The notes: generated from the sequence alone by a model not told the origin. Numbered from the stretch's first letter, positions 11,521-53,440 are shown. The stretch is 64,000 bases of DNA from Macrostomum lignano (GCA_002269645.1 NIVC01000455.1:310001-374000); one strand, 5' to 3'. A program made the numbers and translations.

Positions 11521-12613
11521 CCATCGCATCGATAACATCTGCGATTCTTTTACCTTCGCATTCGCACTGTACGTAATTACGAGTAGTTTACCACCTCTAG
11601 GTCTTATCTGTTCAGCCGGTGTTTCTGTTCTTTCCTACACGGGCCCGCATCGCGTGTGATTTTCACGCAGCCTCTTTTGCATCCGTGAGTTTATGGCGTC
11701 CCACAGATCAAAGGAAGGAGGGGTAGAACCCCCCCCCCCGGTGTGTTTGGAACTCGCCATCGCGGGGCGTTCGTTTGATGCCGCCGCCGCGCCGCTTTCA
11801 TGCCAGTGCCGGCTACCTGACAATAAGCGATAACTCGAAGCCAATTTACAGGCCAATTATAACTTACCTAGGAGGAGGCACAGTTCAATCAGGGCAGCGG
11901 CCTGATTGCGCCAATTCATTTGGATATGCAGATAAAAACTGGTCACACTGCCAATGTCAATTAGGCCTGTTGCTAATCAGTGCAGATTCGATAGCAATGT
12001 GAGATAAAGGCACAGGATCGGCCAACATGGAACTAACGTCTAAAATATCCATTACTCGTAGCTATATCAGATGCGATGTGTACATTACCCCACTTTGCTA
12101 CTGTGTATAGTGTGGTGTACACTGGAGCCAATTCAATTTATGAGCTATAATTAAACGCGCAATTGCATTCAAGAAAAAACTTCTTGAGAGAGAGAGAAGG
12201 GTGGCTATGGATATGTAGTGAAGCGTGTAGGTTCTATTTTTAAAACAGTTCTCTGGCAGCATAGCTGCTTCAAGATCTAAGTAAACTCAGCAACAGTCAC
12301 AAGTGCCACCTGCACGCGCGTAGCACGCAACGAACTGAAGGAGGAGGGATTGACAGTCAATCACAATAAATCCTAACAGTTTATTTAGTTAGCTTGTATT
12401 AACTAATATGAAGTGTGCATACATTTTTAAAGCAATCTTGACTGTGAAATGCAAGTGCTAAAAGTATATATACAATGGTATATTGTTCTGAAGTAGGGAT
12501 GCTCAGAAACTCGGGCCGGCTCCTCCTTTAACAGGCGCTCGCATGTTATACCACTACATCCCGACTGCAGATGAGTGCATTGACTTCCCTATAGGCTAGT
12601 AGTCTATGGTCTA

Positions 12614-12976
12614 TTTTTATTAGAGGCAGGGGGGTTGTGTGCACCATGGCGCACTTTAAGCGACATAGGCACAAAACCGGCGAGAGGCATTACTGCCCAT
12701 TCCGCCGACTCCCCTGAGCAGGCATACAAGCGCGCGGATACGTACGCAGGCACACACTCACACAGGAGTGTACAGCGGCCCTAACTTTATTTTATCGTTA
12801 GGCATTTACACTTCACTGCGCCTTGGGCGGTTGGCTCTCGAGGCCGTTAATTGCACGAGCAGAGCCAAGCCGAGATTACAATTCAGCCCCAAATTAATGT
12901 GACTGCACTTGGAATCGAGCCTGGGTCGCTGGCACACCAGAGCAGCTGCGCTACCACTGGGCTACGCCCCCCCCCC
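12614..12976 (-). mobile_element. tRNA-derived SINE, family B, full length with TSD
   Basis: Reverse complement of the 7484-7845 element. TSD AGTCTATGGTCTA at 12601-12613 and 12977-12989. Confidence 0.9.
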
Positions 12977-13439
12977 AGTCTATGGTCTAGAAAGACAATA
13001 ACACGCAGTCTCGGTAGAACAGCTCGGGTGGAGGTAGTCAGTCTATGACCATAGACTATTTTTCAAATAGAAGTCAGAGTGGACTGTATCATGTCGACCC
13101 AAGCGTACGTCGTATATCGTACTACTCGTACATAAGCTTAAAGTGCCAATTAGAGAAAGACCATCAAGCGATATTTAACAAGACGCCGGGACCGCAGTCT
13201 GTTCAGGAGTTCCAAGGCAGTGAACGGTGCACTAAGTCGGCATATTCCAAGCACAAGCCCAATGCCGTCGAATAGTCTCTGCTAATGCGAGCGAATCTAT
13301 TCAGTGCTTCTTGCTTTCTTTAGTTAGTTTTTAATTATTGCGACTAAATCTAAAGGGCTTATAGAGTATCTCATAGATCATACTCACAATTTTAGTCCAT
13401 GGATATTAGAGAAGGTGAAATTCTGGTAGCCATAAAATA

Positions 13440-14110
13440 ATTTTTTCTTCCATAAAACGTCTCGCCAATTTTTATAACTAAAAAATAGGAACTCAGTCAG
13501 CTACAGAATCTTGTTCCTTTGGGGAGGGCTTGTCAAGTCTTCAAATGTTGTTCCTTCGAGGTGTTTCACTGTTTTACCTCGGGTAGCAGCCAAAAATGCA
13601 CGATGCCATACCTGGTGGAATAAGGTGCATGGACCAACTCTGCAGAGCGCCTCATCTCATCTTATAGCTAGATGATGATGTCCTGGGCAATGTCTAATCG
13701 CAACTGTTTCTGATGGTCAGTAAGCAACCTTGGCACCATCTTGGCGCACACCTTCCTCATGCTAAGATCCTCAACGAGGATGTTCGGCCATTCCCAAAAC
13801 AATAAAATAAAATTGTTAATTTGTCCCAAAAACAAAATTTCACCTCCTGGGCACATGCCAGGAAGCCAGTTCTTGCCGTTGAGGGTTGTCCAGACTTGTT
13901 ACCGACATTCTCACGTCCATCCCGGAATCGTTTGGGCCACTTATCAATACGTTCGTAACTCGCTCCCTACCATGCATTGCGGACATTGACTTTGAAATCG
14001 AAGTCACTGCAGAAATAGCAGACGCACCAGACTGCGCATACGGCTGCTTCGTATGAAGGCTGAGAAGCTATGCTTCAAGAGCATAATCGATTCATTTTGG
14101 TCAAAGCAAT
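13440..14110 (-). mobile_element. Internally deleted, degraded Tc1/mariner transposase remnant
   Basis: Minus-strand fragments KWPKRFRDGRENV..SGQPSTART, LSMRKVCAKMVPRLLTDHQK (cf. WVPRLLT) and PYSTRYGIVHFWLLPEVK (cf. YSPDLAPxDFWLFP), with stops and frameshifts. Confidence 0.75.
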
Positions 14111-15087
14111 TTTTTGGAATTTACGAGAACAAAGCAGTCCTCGCTTCATTTTGGTCACGCCTTGTATTACCGGTATCTATCGTATTTAATCTTAGGCATA
14201 GCCTGAACCCTCCTGATAGTTGTCCAGTTGGCCAAGAAGACTGTTTGAGCTGATGGAACTACTCCTGTCAGATGGCGATGAAGTGTTCAAGTGCTGAGTA
14301 GAGTCAAGAAAATGAGAATAGAAGCTGATGGAGCTAACAACAAAATATGTGACCTGTTTTGTCTAATGAAGAGAGTCTGGACTCGGGAGGGGTTGTTCTG
14401 TCACGTTAATATATCAGGATAATAAAGGCCAAAGCTGCTATATAGACCGTGTCAAATATGTTGCCTAAAGCTTTAGGATGCTGATACAGAATGTCTAGTT
14501 GTTAATTAGCCTACAAAACCCTATCTAGCCAACGTGCCAGAGTTCTAATTGCATATTCCATATTTCAGATTCTGACTGACTTAAGTCACAAAACTCGATA
14601 TTCGTCACAACGAGGAAGTAATATAGGAATTACTGGCGTGCCGAGCTGCAGAATTTATTGAGTTTGCAAAGCTTCAGTGAGCTGCAGGACAGAGAAATTC
14701 GCCAATTGAGACAATCACAGTCAGTTGAGTTCAGTGTCTGCATGAGAAAGCAGATATTGCCAGATCGTCACCTGACAAACTGCAGGGTCGTCTTGGGCAG
14801 GTGAATGAAATAATATTAATGTTACTGTATTCTTGACAATAATTTTGTGGGTTGTAACACTTTGATGTAACACTAGTACTGTAACTCTAGTATGAAGCAT
14901 CTAATTTCAATGGAGTGCAATGCAGGCTAAGTTACAAAAGCAGTAAGATCAAAAATAAACTTTGACAACTTTCTGACAACAGAGAAAACTAAAATAAATT
15001 GACACTGACCAGTTGATATGCTCTTCAAACCAGAGTCAGACATTCAACAGGTGCAGGGGCTCAATCAGATAGGCGAGTTTCTACCAT

Positions 15088-24473
<9,386 letters not shown>

Positions 24474-24689
24474 GGGGGCTGACTGACGGAGAATCGTGTC
24501 GATGGGATCTGGGATCTGTGCCGCTGCGGGCGCATTTAAACTCCCAGAGTTGGGCGACACGGTCAGGCGCCCCGAGATTTGATTGGCCCACACCGCTCAT
24601 TGGGGGGGCGTTCGAGACGAGCAACTGGAAGATCTGGGAAGACAAACTGGGGAGGGGGGCAAAGGACTGTCGAGCTTGTGGATACGACC

Positions 24690-26790
24690 GCAAGCCTTTC
24701 AAATCTCCTGGACCTGATGGTATCTACCCTGTTCTTCTTCGCGAAGCAGCCAAGATACCCACGTTCCTGAGACTTACCCGAAATCTCATGCGGGCCTCTA
24801 TCCAGCTGGGATACGTTCCCAAGTGCTGGGCCGAAGCTCGGATAGTCTTCATTCCCAAACCTGGGAATGGTGACTACCAGAGCGTGAAGGCCTTTGGGCA
24901 AATTAGCTTAACATCAGCAATGCTTAAGCTCACTGAGAGGCTTATTCTCTGGCGTCTGCTGTCCTGCGAGCTGACAGTGATGCCCCTCAGCAATAATCAG
25001 CACGTCTTCCGTACCGGGAGGTCGACTGACAGCGCTCTGCATGCGATAGTCGAGAAGATTGAACGGGCGGTACTGGGTGACGGTTACGCCCTGGCTCTCT
25101 TTCTTGACATTGTTGGCGCCTTCGACAACGTTATCTTTGAAGCGTTTCAGAGGGCCCTTCAAAATCACAAAGCTCATGCTACCCTCATACGGTGGATCAT
25201 GTACATGATCTCTAACTGTACGGTCACTGCCCAACTCCTAGGGCAAACTGCCTCCTCCAGAGTCTGTAAGGGTGGACCCCAAGGTGGAGTCCTCACCCCG
25301 ACGCTCTGGAACCTGGTCATGGACGCTCTTCTGAGTGACTCCCGACCTGATCCCGTCTTCAAAGTCGGGTTTGCTGACGACGTCACGGCCATTGTCGCAA
25401 GGCCGTCTCCCAGCATGCACAAGAATCTGATGCAGAGTTTTATCCGCAAAGCAGAATCCTGGGCCAATGACAACGGTCTGGAACCCTCTGAGCCCAAAAA
25501 CTGTTGCCATTATGTTCACCAGCAGAATACGCTGGAACATTCGACCTCTGCAGCTCTACGGCAGAGATATTGCCTTCGCGCACCAGACCAGATGTCTCGG
25601 GGTCATGCTAGACCACCGGCTCAACTGGTCCTTCCACGTGAAAGCAAAAGCCAAGCGTGCCTCAGCCATCCTGGCCCAGCTCCGACGAGCATTTGGCACT
25701 TCTTGGGGTCTATCGCCTAAGTGGCTTTGGTGGATCTACACTTCCGTAGTTAGACCTGCCATTACATACGCCTCTGTTGTCTGGGTTAGCGCTACGCAGT
25801 TCAAAAGCCATGCAGATTTGCTCAACATGATCCAGGGCAGAGCGTGTAGGCTCATCTGCAACGCCACCAGGTCCACGCCCTTTGTCGGCATGGGGGCCTT
25901 CCTTAATCTACCGCCTCTCGACCTCTTCGTCAGGAGGGTGAGGCGGCTAGAACGACCTGGCGTTTACTTGATGCCAGTGTCAAATTCCTATACATGAGAG
26001 CACCTGCTAAGCGGAACCTTGTCCCGCATAGCGATCTGTGCCTCAACATTCTCAACGAGTGTCAGGCCAATCGCATCTTCACCGATGGCATTGCCTCAAC
26101 GCTCAACCTGAGACAACGCTACTCCGTAGCTATCGACTCGCGCGATAACATCAATGACCGATGGAACCCTGGTGAGCTTCATTGCTACACCGACGGTTCT
26201 AAGCAGTCAGCCAACACCGGTTTTGGTGTTGGAATCTTCCTGAACGGGAGGGTCATCGCAACCCACGCTCAGTACACTGGGGTCAACTCCAGTGTTTTCC
26301 AAAATGAAGTTCTCGCCATCAGCTCCTGCATTGCAGAGCTTCTCGCCACTGGCGTTACTGGTAAGAACATCATTTTCCATTCGGACAGCCAAGCTGCCTT
26401 GCACGCCATCAGTGGCTGCAGCACCAATTCTGATACAGTCCTCGACTGTATCAAACTCCTCAACAGGTTGGGCTCCACCAACAAAATCACCCTTAAGTGG
26501 ATTCCGGGACATGTGGGGATCCGAGGGAATGAGTTGGCTGACGCCCTTGCAAAAGTTGGCGCCTCCGGCTCCTCTCTCGGGCCTGAACCCATTGTCCCTA
26601 TCCCCGGCTGCGTCATCGACTCGCGCATCAAAGCGTGGATCAGGATTCAGCACCGCTTGACTTGGGCGAACTGCACTACCTGCAGGCAATCCAGAGGCGC
26701 TGTCCCTCAGCCCTCTCACCAGCTCCGGAAGCTCCTCTTGCGCCTCTCGCGTAGAGACATCCGGGCTGCCACCATAACCCTCTCAGGGTC
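24690..26790 (+). mobile_element. Degraded non-LTR retrotransposon with RT and RNase H (LOA/R1/I-like), truncated at both ends
   Basis: RT motifs KSPGPDGIYP, ARIVFIPKPG, QHVFRTGRST, FLDIVGAFDNV, GPQGGVLTPTLW, FADD. RNase H motifs YTDGSK, SVFQNEVLAI, SDSQAAL, WIPGHVGIRGNELAD. Frameshifts near 25490 and ~25950; no endonuclease domain or 3' tail visible. Confidence 0.92.
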
Positions 26791-26869
26791 AAGTAAGTCA
26801 AGTTGCGGATACGACGGTGAGTTTTGGGGATAACAGCAAGGCACAATCATGTGCGCTCCTGGCGCCAGA

Positions 26870-26960
26870 GGTGACTGAGTCAAATGTGCCACTTTGTGGG
26901 TCAAATGCGCCACTTTTTGAGTTAGATGCGCCACTTTTTTAGTTAGATGCGCCACTTTGT
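26870..26960. repeat. 21-bp tandem repeat, ~4 copies
   Basis: Unit GT(C/T)A(A/G)ATGCGCCACTTTTTGA. Confidence 0.75.
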
Positions 26961-27699
26961 GACTTTGGAATATCAGTAGCCTGCTTTATCAAAGAGTTGG
27001 CACTATTTTTAGGAAAACGAGAACAAGAAGAGGTTAGATGCTCTCACACCTTTCTTTGGTTTCCCATTGCGTTTTCAGGTCCTTTGGACAACTGATTGCG
27101 ATTGGCGGGGGCTGCTTGTTGTCAAGGGGGGCTAATTTAGGCTCACAAGAGATTAGCTGAGATTAGACTCCGGAGCCGCAGCTGAGAAAGAAGCTTTCGA
27201 AACTGCAAAATTTATACGATCAAGCAAAGCATATAAGGTAATAAAAATATTGGGACAAAATGAAATGGGGTCATCAAAGAAAGGTTGGAGTGGATTAACT
27301 CATAGATTTAAGCCCGTTGCGCTGAGCAAGAAAAAAGAAAACAGGGCCCCTTGTGCGTCACTGAACTGCGCATCACGGCTCATCACTACCGGCATCTTCT
27401 CTCGCCCGGAGATAGTTGTTTGCTTGTAAATGCGTGTATTCACTGGAATTTTCGGACCCCACCCTGTCCTCACCCCAGCCTCCCCCTCATTATCAAATAA
27501 TTGTCAGTGTCACTTCCAGTTCCGCCTCGGCTGGGCCGGTGAGCCTCGGGAGCCGGAGGGGGCTGCATCAACGACTTGATGGGCGTGAAGAGGCCAGGAA
27601 TAATCCTGCCCTGATATGAGGGCTTCTTAATTGATGGACAGTCTCGAGTAGATTGATGCGGGCGACTTCAGAGGGAATGGGGAAGTGTCATGGGAGTGA

Positions 27700-28515
27700 G
27701 GTGGGTGTTTTGGAGGACAGAGAATGGGTGTTTTTCAGTGTTTTTCGGTGTTTTTACAGATAGAAGTGAGTTGGGTGTCTTTAGAGGACAGAGAATGGGG
27801 TTCGTGTTTTAAAGTTGGGAGTGAGGTGGGTGTTTTTGGAGGACAGAGAATGGGGCTGGCGTTTTTAAAGATGGGAGTGAGGTGAGTGTTTTTGGAGGAC
27901 AGAGAATGGGGTTCGTGTTTTAAAGATGGGAGTGAGGTGGGTGTTTTAGGAGGACAGAGAATGGGGTGGGTGTTTAAAGTTGGGAGTGAGGTGGGTGTTT
28001 TTGGAGGACAGAGAATGGGGTGGGTGTTTTTAAAGATGGGAGTGAGGTGGGTGTTTTTGGAGGACAGAGAATGGGGTGGGTGTTTTTAAAGGTGGGAGTG
28101 AGGTGGGTGTTTTTGGAGGAGAGAGAATGGGGTGGGTGTTTTTAAAGATGGGAGTGAGGTGGGTGTTTTTGGAGGACAGAGAATGGGGTGGGTGTTTTTA
28201 AAGGTGGGAGTGAGGTGGGTGTTTTTGGAGGACAGAGAATGGGGTGGGTGTTTCTAAAGATGGGAGTGAGGTGGTGTTTTTGGAGGACAGAGAATGGGGT
28301 GGGTGTTTTTAAAGATGGGAGTGAGGTGGGTGTTTTTGGAGGACAGAGAATGGGGTGGGTGTTTTTAAAGGTGGGAGTGAGGTGGGTGTTTTTGGAGGAT
28401 AGAGAATGGAGTGAGTGTTTATAAAGTTGGGAGTGAGGTGGGTGTTTTTGGAGGACAGAGAATGGGGTGGGTGTTTTTAAAGATGACAGTGAGGTGGGTG
28501 TTTTCGGAGGACAGA
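27700..28515. repeat. ~56-bp G/T-rich minisatellite, ~14 copies
   Basis: Unit GGAGTGAGGTGGGTGTTTTTGGAGGACAGAGAATGGGGTGGGTGTTTTTAAAGATG. Confidence 0.92.
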
Positions 28516-29149
28516 AAATATTGTTTGTGTTATTAAAGAGGAAACTGAGGTGGATCTATCGGTGTGGTAAATGAAATATTGTTCTGCGCCAGCGGCCTCT
28601 AAAATTTTTTACAGAGAAATCAAGCACCATTTGCTGCTCTAATTAGCAAACGTTAATTACGCCAAACCACAAATATATATTTGATCTCTTGGATGCTCGC
28701 ATTTCTAATTTTTCGATTTTGAGGTCCGTGTGTGATATTCCCGCGTGTTTTATTACGAGTGCTTACAGTAAAAAGAAATGCTCGATTGCTTTTCACGTAC
28801 TGCGTCAGATAAAGGATTTGTCAATTTTCTCTGCTAACGATAAGATCCAAAGAAATGGCTCGCCGTCTTCGCTTGCTTCGGTGGGTCTGGCAAAGCCTTG
28901 GAGGATTAACTGGTCTAATATGCCTGCTTGTCAGCTCAAGGCAGCCCGACGACAAGCCGAGCACAGCTGTCATGCTTTGCGCAATCGTCAGTGAGTGGCT
29001 GGGTGTTGGGAAAAATAAACAAAGAGCACGAAAAAACCTAAAAGTACACCGGGGCAGACAAGCGTGAAAATCGCGTCTGGTGTTTTGAACTGAAAGAGCT
29101 GGAGTCAGTAACTGCCGTTACTGTAGTTTAAAAGCCGAAGTTCCACAAA

Positions 29150-29575
29150 GTTAGTAACTAAAGTTACTTGAGGTCAGTAACTAAAGCTAATTGAAGTCAG
29201 TAACTAAATCTACTTGAGGTCAGTAACTAAAGCTAATTGAAGTCAGTAACTAAATCTACTTGAGGTCAGTAACTAAATCTACTTGAGGTCAGTAACTAAA
29301 TCTACTTGAGGTCAGTAACTAAATCTACTTGAGGTCAGTAACTAAATCTACTTGAGGTCAGTAACTAAAGCTACTTGAGGTCAGTAACTAAAGCTACTTG
29401 AGGTCAGTAACTAAAGCTACTTGAGGTCAGTAACTAAATCTACTTGAGGTCAGTAACTAAAGCTACTTGAGGTCAGTAACTAAATCTACTTGAGGTCAGT
29501 AACTAAATCTACTTGAGGTCAGTAACTAAAGCTACTTGAGGTCAGTAACTAAATCTACTTGAGGTTAGTAGCAGA
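29150..29575. repeat. 23-bp minisatellite
   Basis: Unit GAGGTCAGTAACTAAA(T/G)CTACTT. Confidence 0.93.
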
Positions 29576-30134
29576 AGTTACTGGAGTTTCGTGACCGAAG
29601 TTACTCGAGTTTGGCAATTGCATTTAACTAAGGTTATTAGCTGCAGTTCTTGTACAATTTTTTAGTAACCGAACGACATGGCGATAGAAAATGAAGGACC
29701 TGACGCCAGCGGGCAGAAGGACATTCAGCAGTGCAAAACAGCAGTCGGTGGAGCCTAACGCGGTGGCTGCACTTTCCCCACCCATGCTGCAAAAGCTGCT
29801 GTCAGCTCATCAAACAGTTCGCAGTTCTGTTTTCCATCAACCTTCTCAGTCAGCCGGGACAGGCGGCAAGAGACGGTAGCAAGGCATCAGAAAATTTCCC
29901 CTGTCCACACGGCTGTGGGTTGGCTGCACTGATGTAGCTAAAATTGCGCTATTTTTCCTGCCAAGCCAACTTGTGGGCACGCGAAGTCGTAGTTGCTACG
30001 ATGAAGAGAAGAAGCTGGAAAGGTCGGCAGGCTTCTGGAGAGCGAGATTTGTAGCACTGAGCGAAGACCGCAGTTCGAAGAGCGAATGACCGCAGGGTGG
30101 GGCATTAGGGAAAAAATAGGGGTACAGGGAAGTG

Positions 30135-30620
30135 AGGTTGGGAGAGAGGGAGACAGGGGTGAGAGGGAGACAGGGGTGAGGGGGAGACAGGGGTGAGAGG
30201 GAGACGGGGTGAGAGGGAGACAGGGTGAGAGGGAGACAGAGGTGAGAGGGAGACAGGGTGAGAGGGAGACAGAGGTGAGAGGGAGACAGGGGTGAGTGGG
30301 AGACAGCTGGGTGAGAAGTAAACAGATGTGAGAGGGAGACAGGGTGAGAGGGAGACAGAGGTGAGAGGGAGACAGGGTGAGAGGGAGACAGAGGTGAGAG
30401 GGAGACAGGGGTGAGTGGGAGACGGGGTGAGAGGGAGACAGTGGTGAGAGGGAGACAGGTATAAGAGGGAGATAGGGTGAGAGGGAAACAAGGGTGAGAG
30501 GGAGACAGGGTGAGAGGGAGACAGGGTGAGAGGGAGACAGAGGTGAGAGGGAGACAGAGGTGAGAGGGAGACAGGGGCGAGTGAGAGACAGCTGGGTGAG
30601 AAGTAGACAGAGGTGAGAGG
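30135..30620. repeat. Purine-rich 17-19-bp minisatellite (AGAGGGAGACAGGGTG)
   Basis: Seen directly in the sequence. Confidence 0.9.
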
Positions 30621-31225
30621 GAGGGGTAAGAAGGACAGGGAGATGTTGAAGATAGGCGTGAGAAGAGTTGAGATGGGAGTCAATAGCCGACAAATTTCAT
30701 ATAGCAAGTGGGAAGAGAGGCTGAGAGAGAGACGAGAGCTCATGGAAGGCAGAGAGGAGGCACTTAGATAAAGCCTAGTTAATGCAGTTCCGTAATTCCC
30801 ACTGCGAACAAGAGCGACGAACGGGACTAAAAAAGTTTCGAAGCCTAATTGGAGCCTCATCAGCTGCTGCTCGTCAGTTGAGCAGTAAAATTAATTGTGC
30901 ACCTTTGAGCGGGGGGGGGCATTCGAGGCTCCGGGTGTGGCTGGAATTGAAGGGGAGAGCAGATGGAGCACTTCAGCCGACATGGAGGCTGCAGCAGCCC
31001 ATCGATTCGAGATGGGGGATCAATGCTCAATAATGATCTCACAGCCTAAGAAAGAAGATTCCCCAGCAGCAAGGCTGAGGTTATAACAGCCGGATTTGTT
31101 AATCTGCTTACGGGAAGCCGCGATTCCCATAAGCTTATCCTATACTCAGGATCTGGGAACTGCAGCGTTCCTCCTACTTTCATAGCATGAGCAGGAGGGC
31201 TCACCTTCACTCGTCTGTTAACTTT

Positions 31226-31226
<1 letters not shown>

Positions 31227-31311
<85 letters not shown>
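31227..31311. repeat. (CT)n microsatellite
   Basis: Seen directly in the sequence. Confidence 0.97.
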
Positions 31312-31314
<3 letters not shown>

Positions 31315-32185
31315 TTCAATCTTGTTATTCTTATCTCTCTCTCCCTCGCTGCCTTCTGATTGGCTCTCAGTTCTCGCCTCTTTCCTCAGTCGCGCACTCC
31401 ACCCCCGTCTTATCTGATTGCACTCAAACCCCAAAAATAATGCCTTAAATACGCGCTACACTGATTTGGGCCCGGCACGGCCCTACGTGTCTGGCTCCTG
31501 ATAATTTAGTCTCGTCTGCGTCGTCTACTACAAGCTAATTAAATAGTTCGCTCATTTCTCTACAGCTGTACACAGGCACACACTTATAGACAGGCCGTAC
31601 AGGCATGTACACTCTTTCTGTGCCTTGGGGGTTGGCGGTTGGCCTTCATGGGTGTGCATCGCACGAAAAGCCTCAGATAAAGCTCTGTCCACTTGTTCGC
31701 ACTTTAGTTCTGTATAATAGTTTCCATTTTCTCTACTTACAGTAGAAATATTAGCAAAGAACGAGTAAGATTAGCCGCACATTTCATTGGTAGTTGTTGA
31801 ATTCAGTTCCGCGGTGCTTCACGGCACAGCAATTGTTGAATAAAAGTTAAATTGAGTTTTCGCCAATAGAACAGGGATATTTGAAAACAAGAGCGCTTTG
31901 TTGGGAGTTAAACAATTCAATAAAATTTTCCTAAATATTGAACATCAGCAGAGTAGAATTTAAGATTTGGACTAAAGGCAAGCAGTTCTGTTTCAACTTT
32001 CTACAATTCTGTTTTAAAATATAATGAAATTATAGCATAGCAGTCGGACACACAGCTGAAGCAAAAACGCACAGAGAAAAGCACAATTGTCGAGGCTGAA
32101 AATGTTCGTTTCGAGAATTTTAAAAGTCGATAGTTTGAATGAGAAATTTTCGCTAAGCTGACTCAGCATCCGGCATTCTGCAGAA

Positions 32186-32191
32186 TTTATT
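32186..32191 (-). terminator. Putative polyadenylation signal AATAAA of the collagen IV gene
   Basis: TTTATT on the plus strand, ~35 nt past the TAA stop at 32225. Confidence 0.5.
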
Positions 32192-32224
32192 GGAGTCTTT
32201 GTTCTGGCGAGAACAAAGACGGAC

Positions 32225-50675
<18,451 letters not shown>

Positions 50676-51370
50676 GGCAAATCTGCTATGCTGAAATTTC
50701 ACTTGAGCAAGGCAACTGCCTCACGCTTACCTGTTGGAGCCGATTTCAACATGCATTGTTCAGTCAGGCCAGGTGAGCGAATTCTCCGGCCCACTCAATT
50801 AGCTCAACTGCCCGCAGGTCCTCCCGGCCGCTATCGATGCTGAAGGAGCTGCTCGGCCGAGTCCGACGCGCTGACGCACACAGGAAACTGAAAGTTCCCC
50901 GCAAACCTGCAGCAACACGGATGCGCTGCGGGCCTGCCGCTGCCCAATTTGGATGCAAGGCCGGCTGGGGTGGGGGCGGCACAGCGATAGCGGGCGAAGC
51001 GCCCTGCACGCCCACAAACTGCCGTACACCGCTGCCGATGCCCTGCCGGAATCCAAACTGCGAATTCCGAATGGGAAGGCAGAGGGGAAAAGGGAAGAAA
51101 GGCGAGGGGGAGATGAGGGGCCGGCTGTAAAGCCTCCACCGCTGCTGCTGCTGCCTGCAGCCGCCTGCCCGCTTCATCACTGCACCCAGCATCCGCCTGG
51201 AGCGGTGAGGGCCATGCAACTGCTGCGCTCCTGCCATTTGGCCTGCTGGTGACTGCAGCCTCTGCGCCTCATCATTTATGAACTCTGTTCGATACCCGCG
51301 CCGAATGTCTCTCTGTGCCGCATTCGATGAGGGACAGCAGGGCTGACCCCCGGATTCTGGGGAGCCACCT
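50676..51370 (-). promoter_or_regulatory. Probable 5'UTR/promoter of the collagen gene, with a possible 40-nt UTR intron (50730-50691)
   Basis: GC/CpG-rich unique sequence between the ATG and the TATC tract. On the minus strand: CAG|GTAAGC...TTTCAG. Confidence 0.4.
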
Positions 51371-51377
51371 GCATCTG

Positions 51378-51432
<55 letters not shown>

Positions 51433-51523
51433 GTCTATCTATCTATCTGTCTATCTATCTGTCTATCTATCTATTTATCTATCTATCTATCTGTCTATCT
51501 ATCTATCTGTCTATCTATCTATT

Positions 51524-51554
<31 letters not shown>

Positions 51555-51569
51555 CTGTCTATCTATCTG

Positions 51570-51624
<55 letters not shown>

Positions 51625-51671
51625 GTCTATCTATCTATCTGTCTATCTATCTATCTGTCTATCTATCTATT

Positions 51672-51716
<45 letters not shown>

Positions 51717-51729
51717 GTCTATCTATCTG

Positions 51730-51768
<39 letters not shown>

Positions 51769-51817
51769 GTCTATCTATCTATTTATCTATCTATCTATCT
51801 GTCTATCTATCTATCTG

Positions 51818-51868
<51 letters not shown>

Positions 51869-51881
51869 GTCTATCTATCTG

Positions 51882-51920
<39 letters not shown>

Positions 51921-52001
51921 GTCTATCTATCTATTTATCTATCTATCTATCTGTCTATCTATCTATCTGTCTATCTATCTATTTATCTATCTATCTATCT
52001 G

Positions 52002-52040
<39 letters not shown>

Positions 52041-52057
52041 GTCTATCTATCTATCTG

Positions 52058-52092
<35 letters not shown>

Positions 52093-52093
52093 G

Positions 52094-52124
<31 letters not shown>

Positions 52125-52161
52125 GTCTATCTATCTATCTGTCTATCTATCTATCTATCTG

Positions 52162-52288
<127 letters not shown>

Positions 52289-52337
52289 GTCTATCTATCT
52301 ATTTATCTATCTATCTATCTGTCTATCTATCTATCTG

Positions 52338-52440
<103 letters not shown>

Positions 52441-52691
52441 GTCTATCTATCTATCTGTCTATCTATCTATTTATCTATCTATCTATCTGTCTATCTATCT
52501 ATCTGTCTATCTATCTATTTATCTATCTATCTATCTGTCTATCTATCTATCTATCTGTCTATCTATCTATCTGTCTATCTATCTATCTGTCTATCTATCT
52601 ATTTATCTATCTATCTATCTGTCTATCTATCTATCTGTCTATCTATCTATTTATCTATCTATCTATCTGTCTATCTATCTATCTATCTGTC

Positions 52692-52722
<31 letters not shown>

Positions 52723-52773
52723 CTATCTATCTGTCTATCTATCTATCTATCTGTCTATATATCTATCTATCTG

Positions 52774-52944
<171 letters not shown>

Positions 52945-52991
52945 GTCTATCTATCTATCTGTCTATCTAACTATCTGTCTATCTATCTATT

Positions 52992-53036
<45 letters not shown>

Positions 53037-53049
53037 GTCTATCTATCTG

Positions 53050-53128
<79 letters not shown>

Positions 53129-53177
53129 GTCTATCTATCTATTTATCTATCTATCTATCTGTCTATCTATCTATCTG

Positions 53178-53232
<55 letters not shown>

Positions 53233-53309
53233 GTCTATCTATCTGTCTATCTATCTGTCTATCTATCTATTTATCTATCTATCTATCTGTCTATCTATCT
53301 ATCTATCTG

Positions 53310-53440
<131 letters not shown>

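Noticed and set aside
11635-11856. Minus-strand 73-aa ORF as the missing first exon of the Cys-module gene
   Set aside because: No signal peptide and no phase-1 donor.
28855-28995. Plus-strand hydrophobic mini-ORF (MARRLRLLRWVWQ...) ending at CA|GTGAGT
   Set aside because: It looks like a first exon, but no compatible downstream exon or recognisable product was found.
30806-30876. Minus-strand CUGAUGA...GAAAC...GUC hammerhead-like motif
   Set aside because: The core boxes are present, but stem II does not pair properly, stem III is 2 bp around a U-run, and stem I needs a large internal loop. It is single copy, so probably chance.
50837-51290. Plus-strand ORFs upstream of collagen as a divergent partner gene
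   Set aside because: No signal peptide with a start codon, no Gly-X-Y and no recognisable motif. Consistent with GC-rich UTR/promoter sequence.
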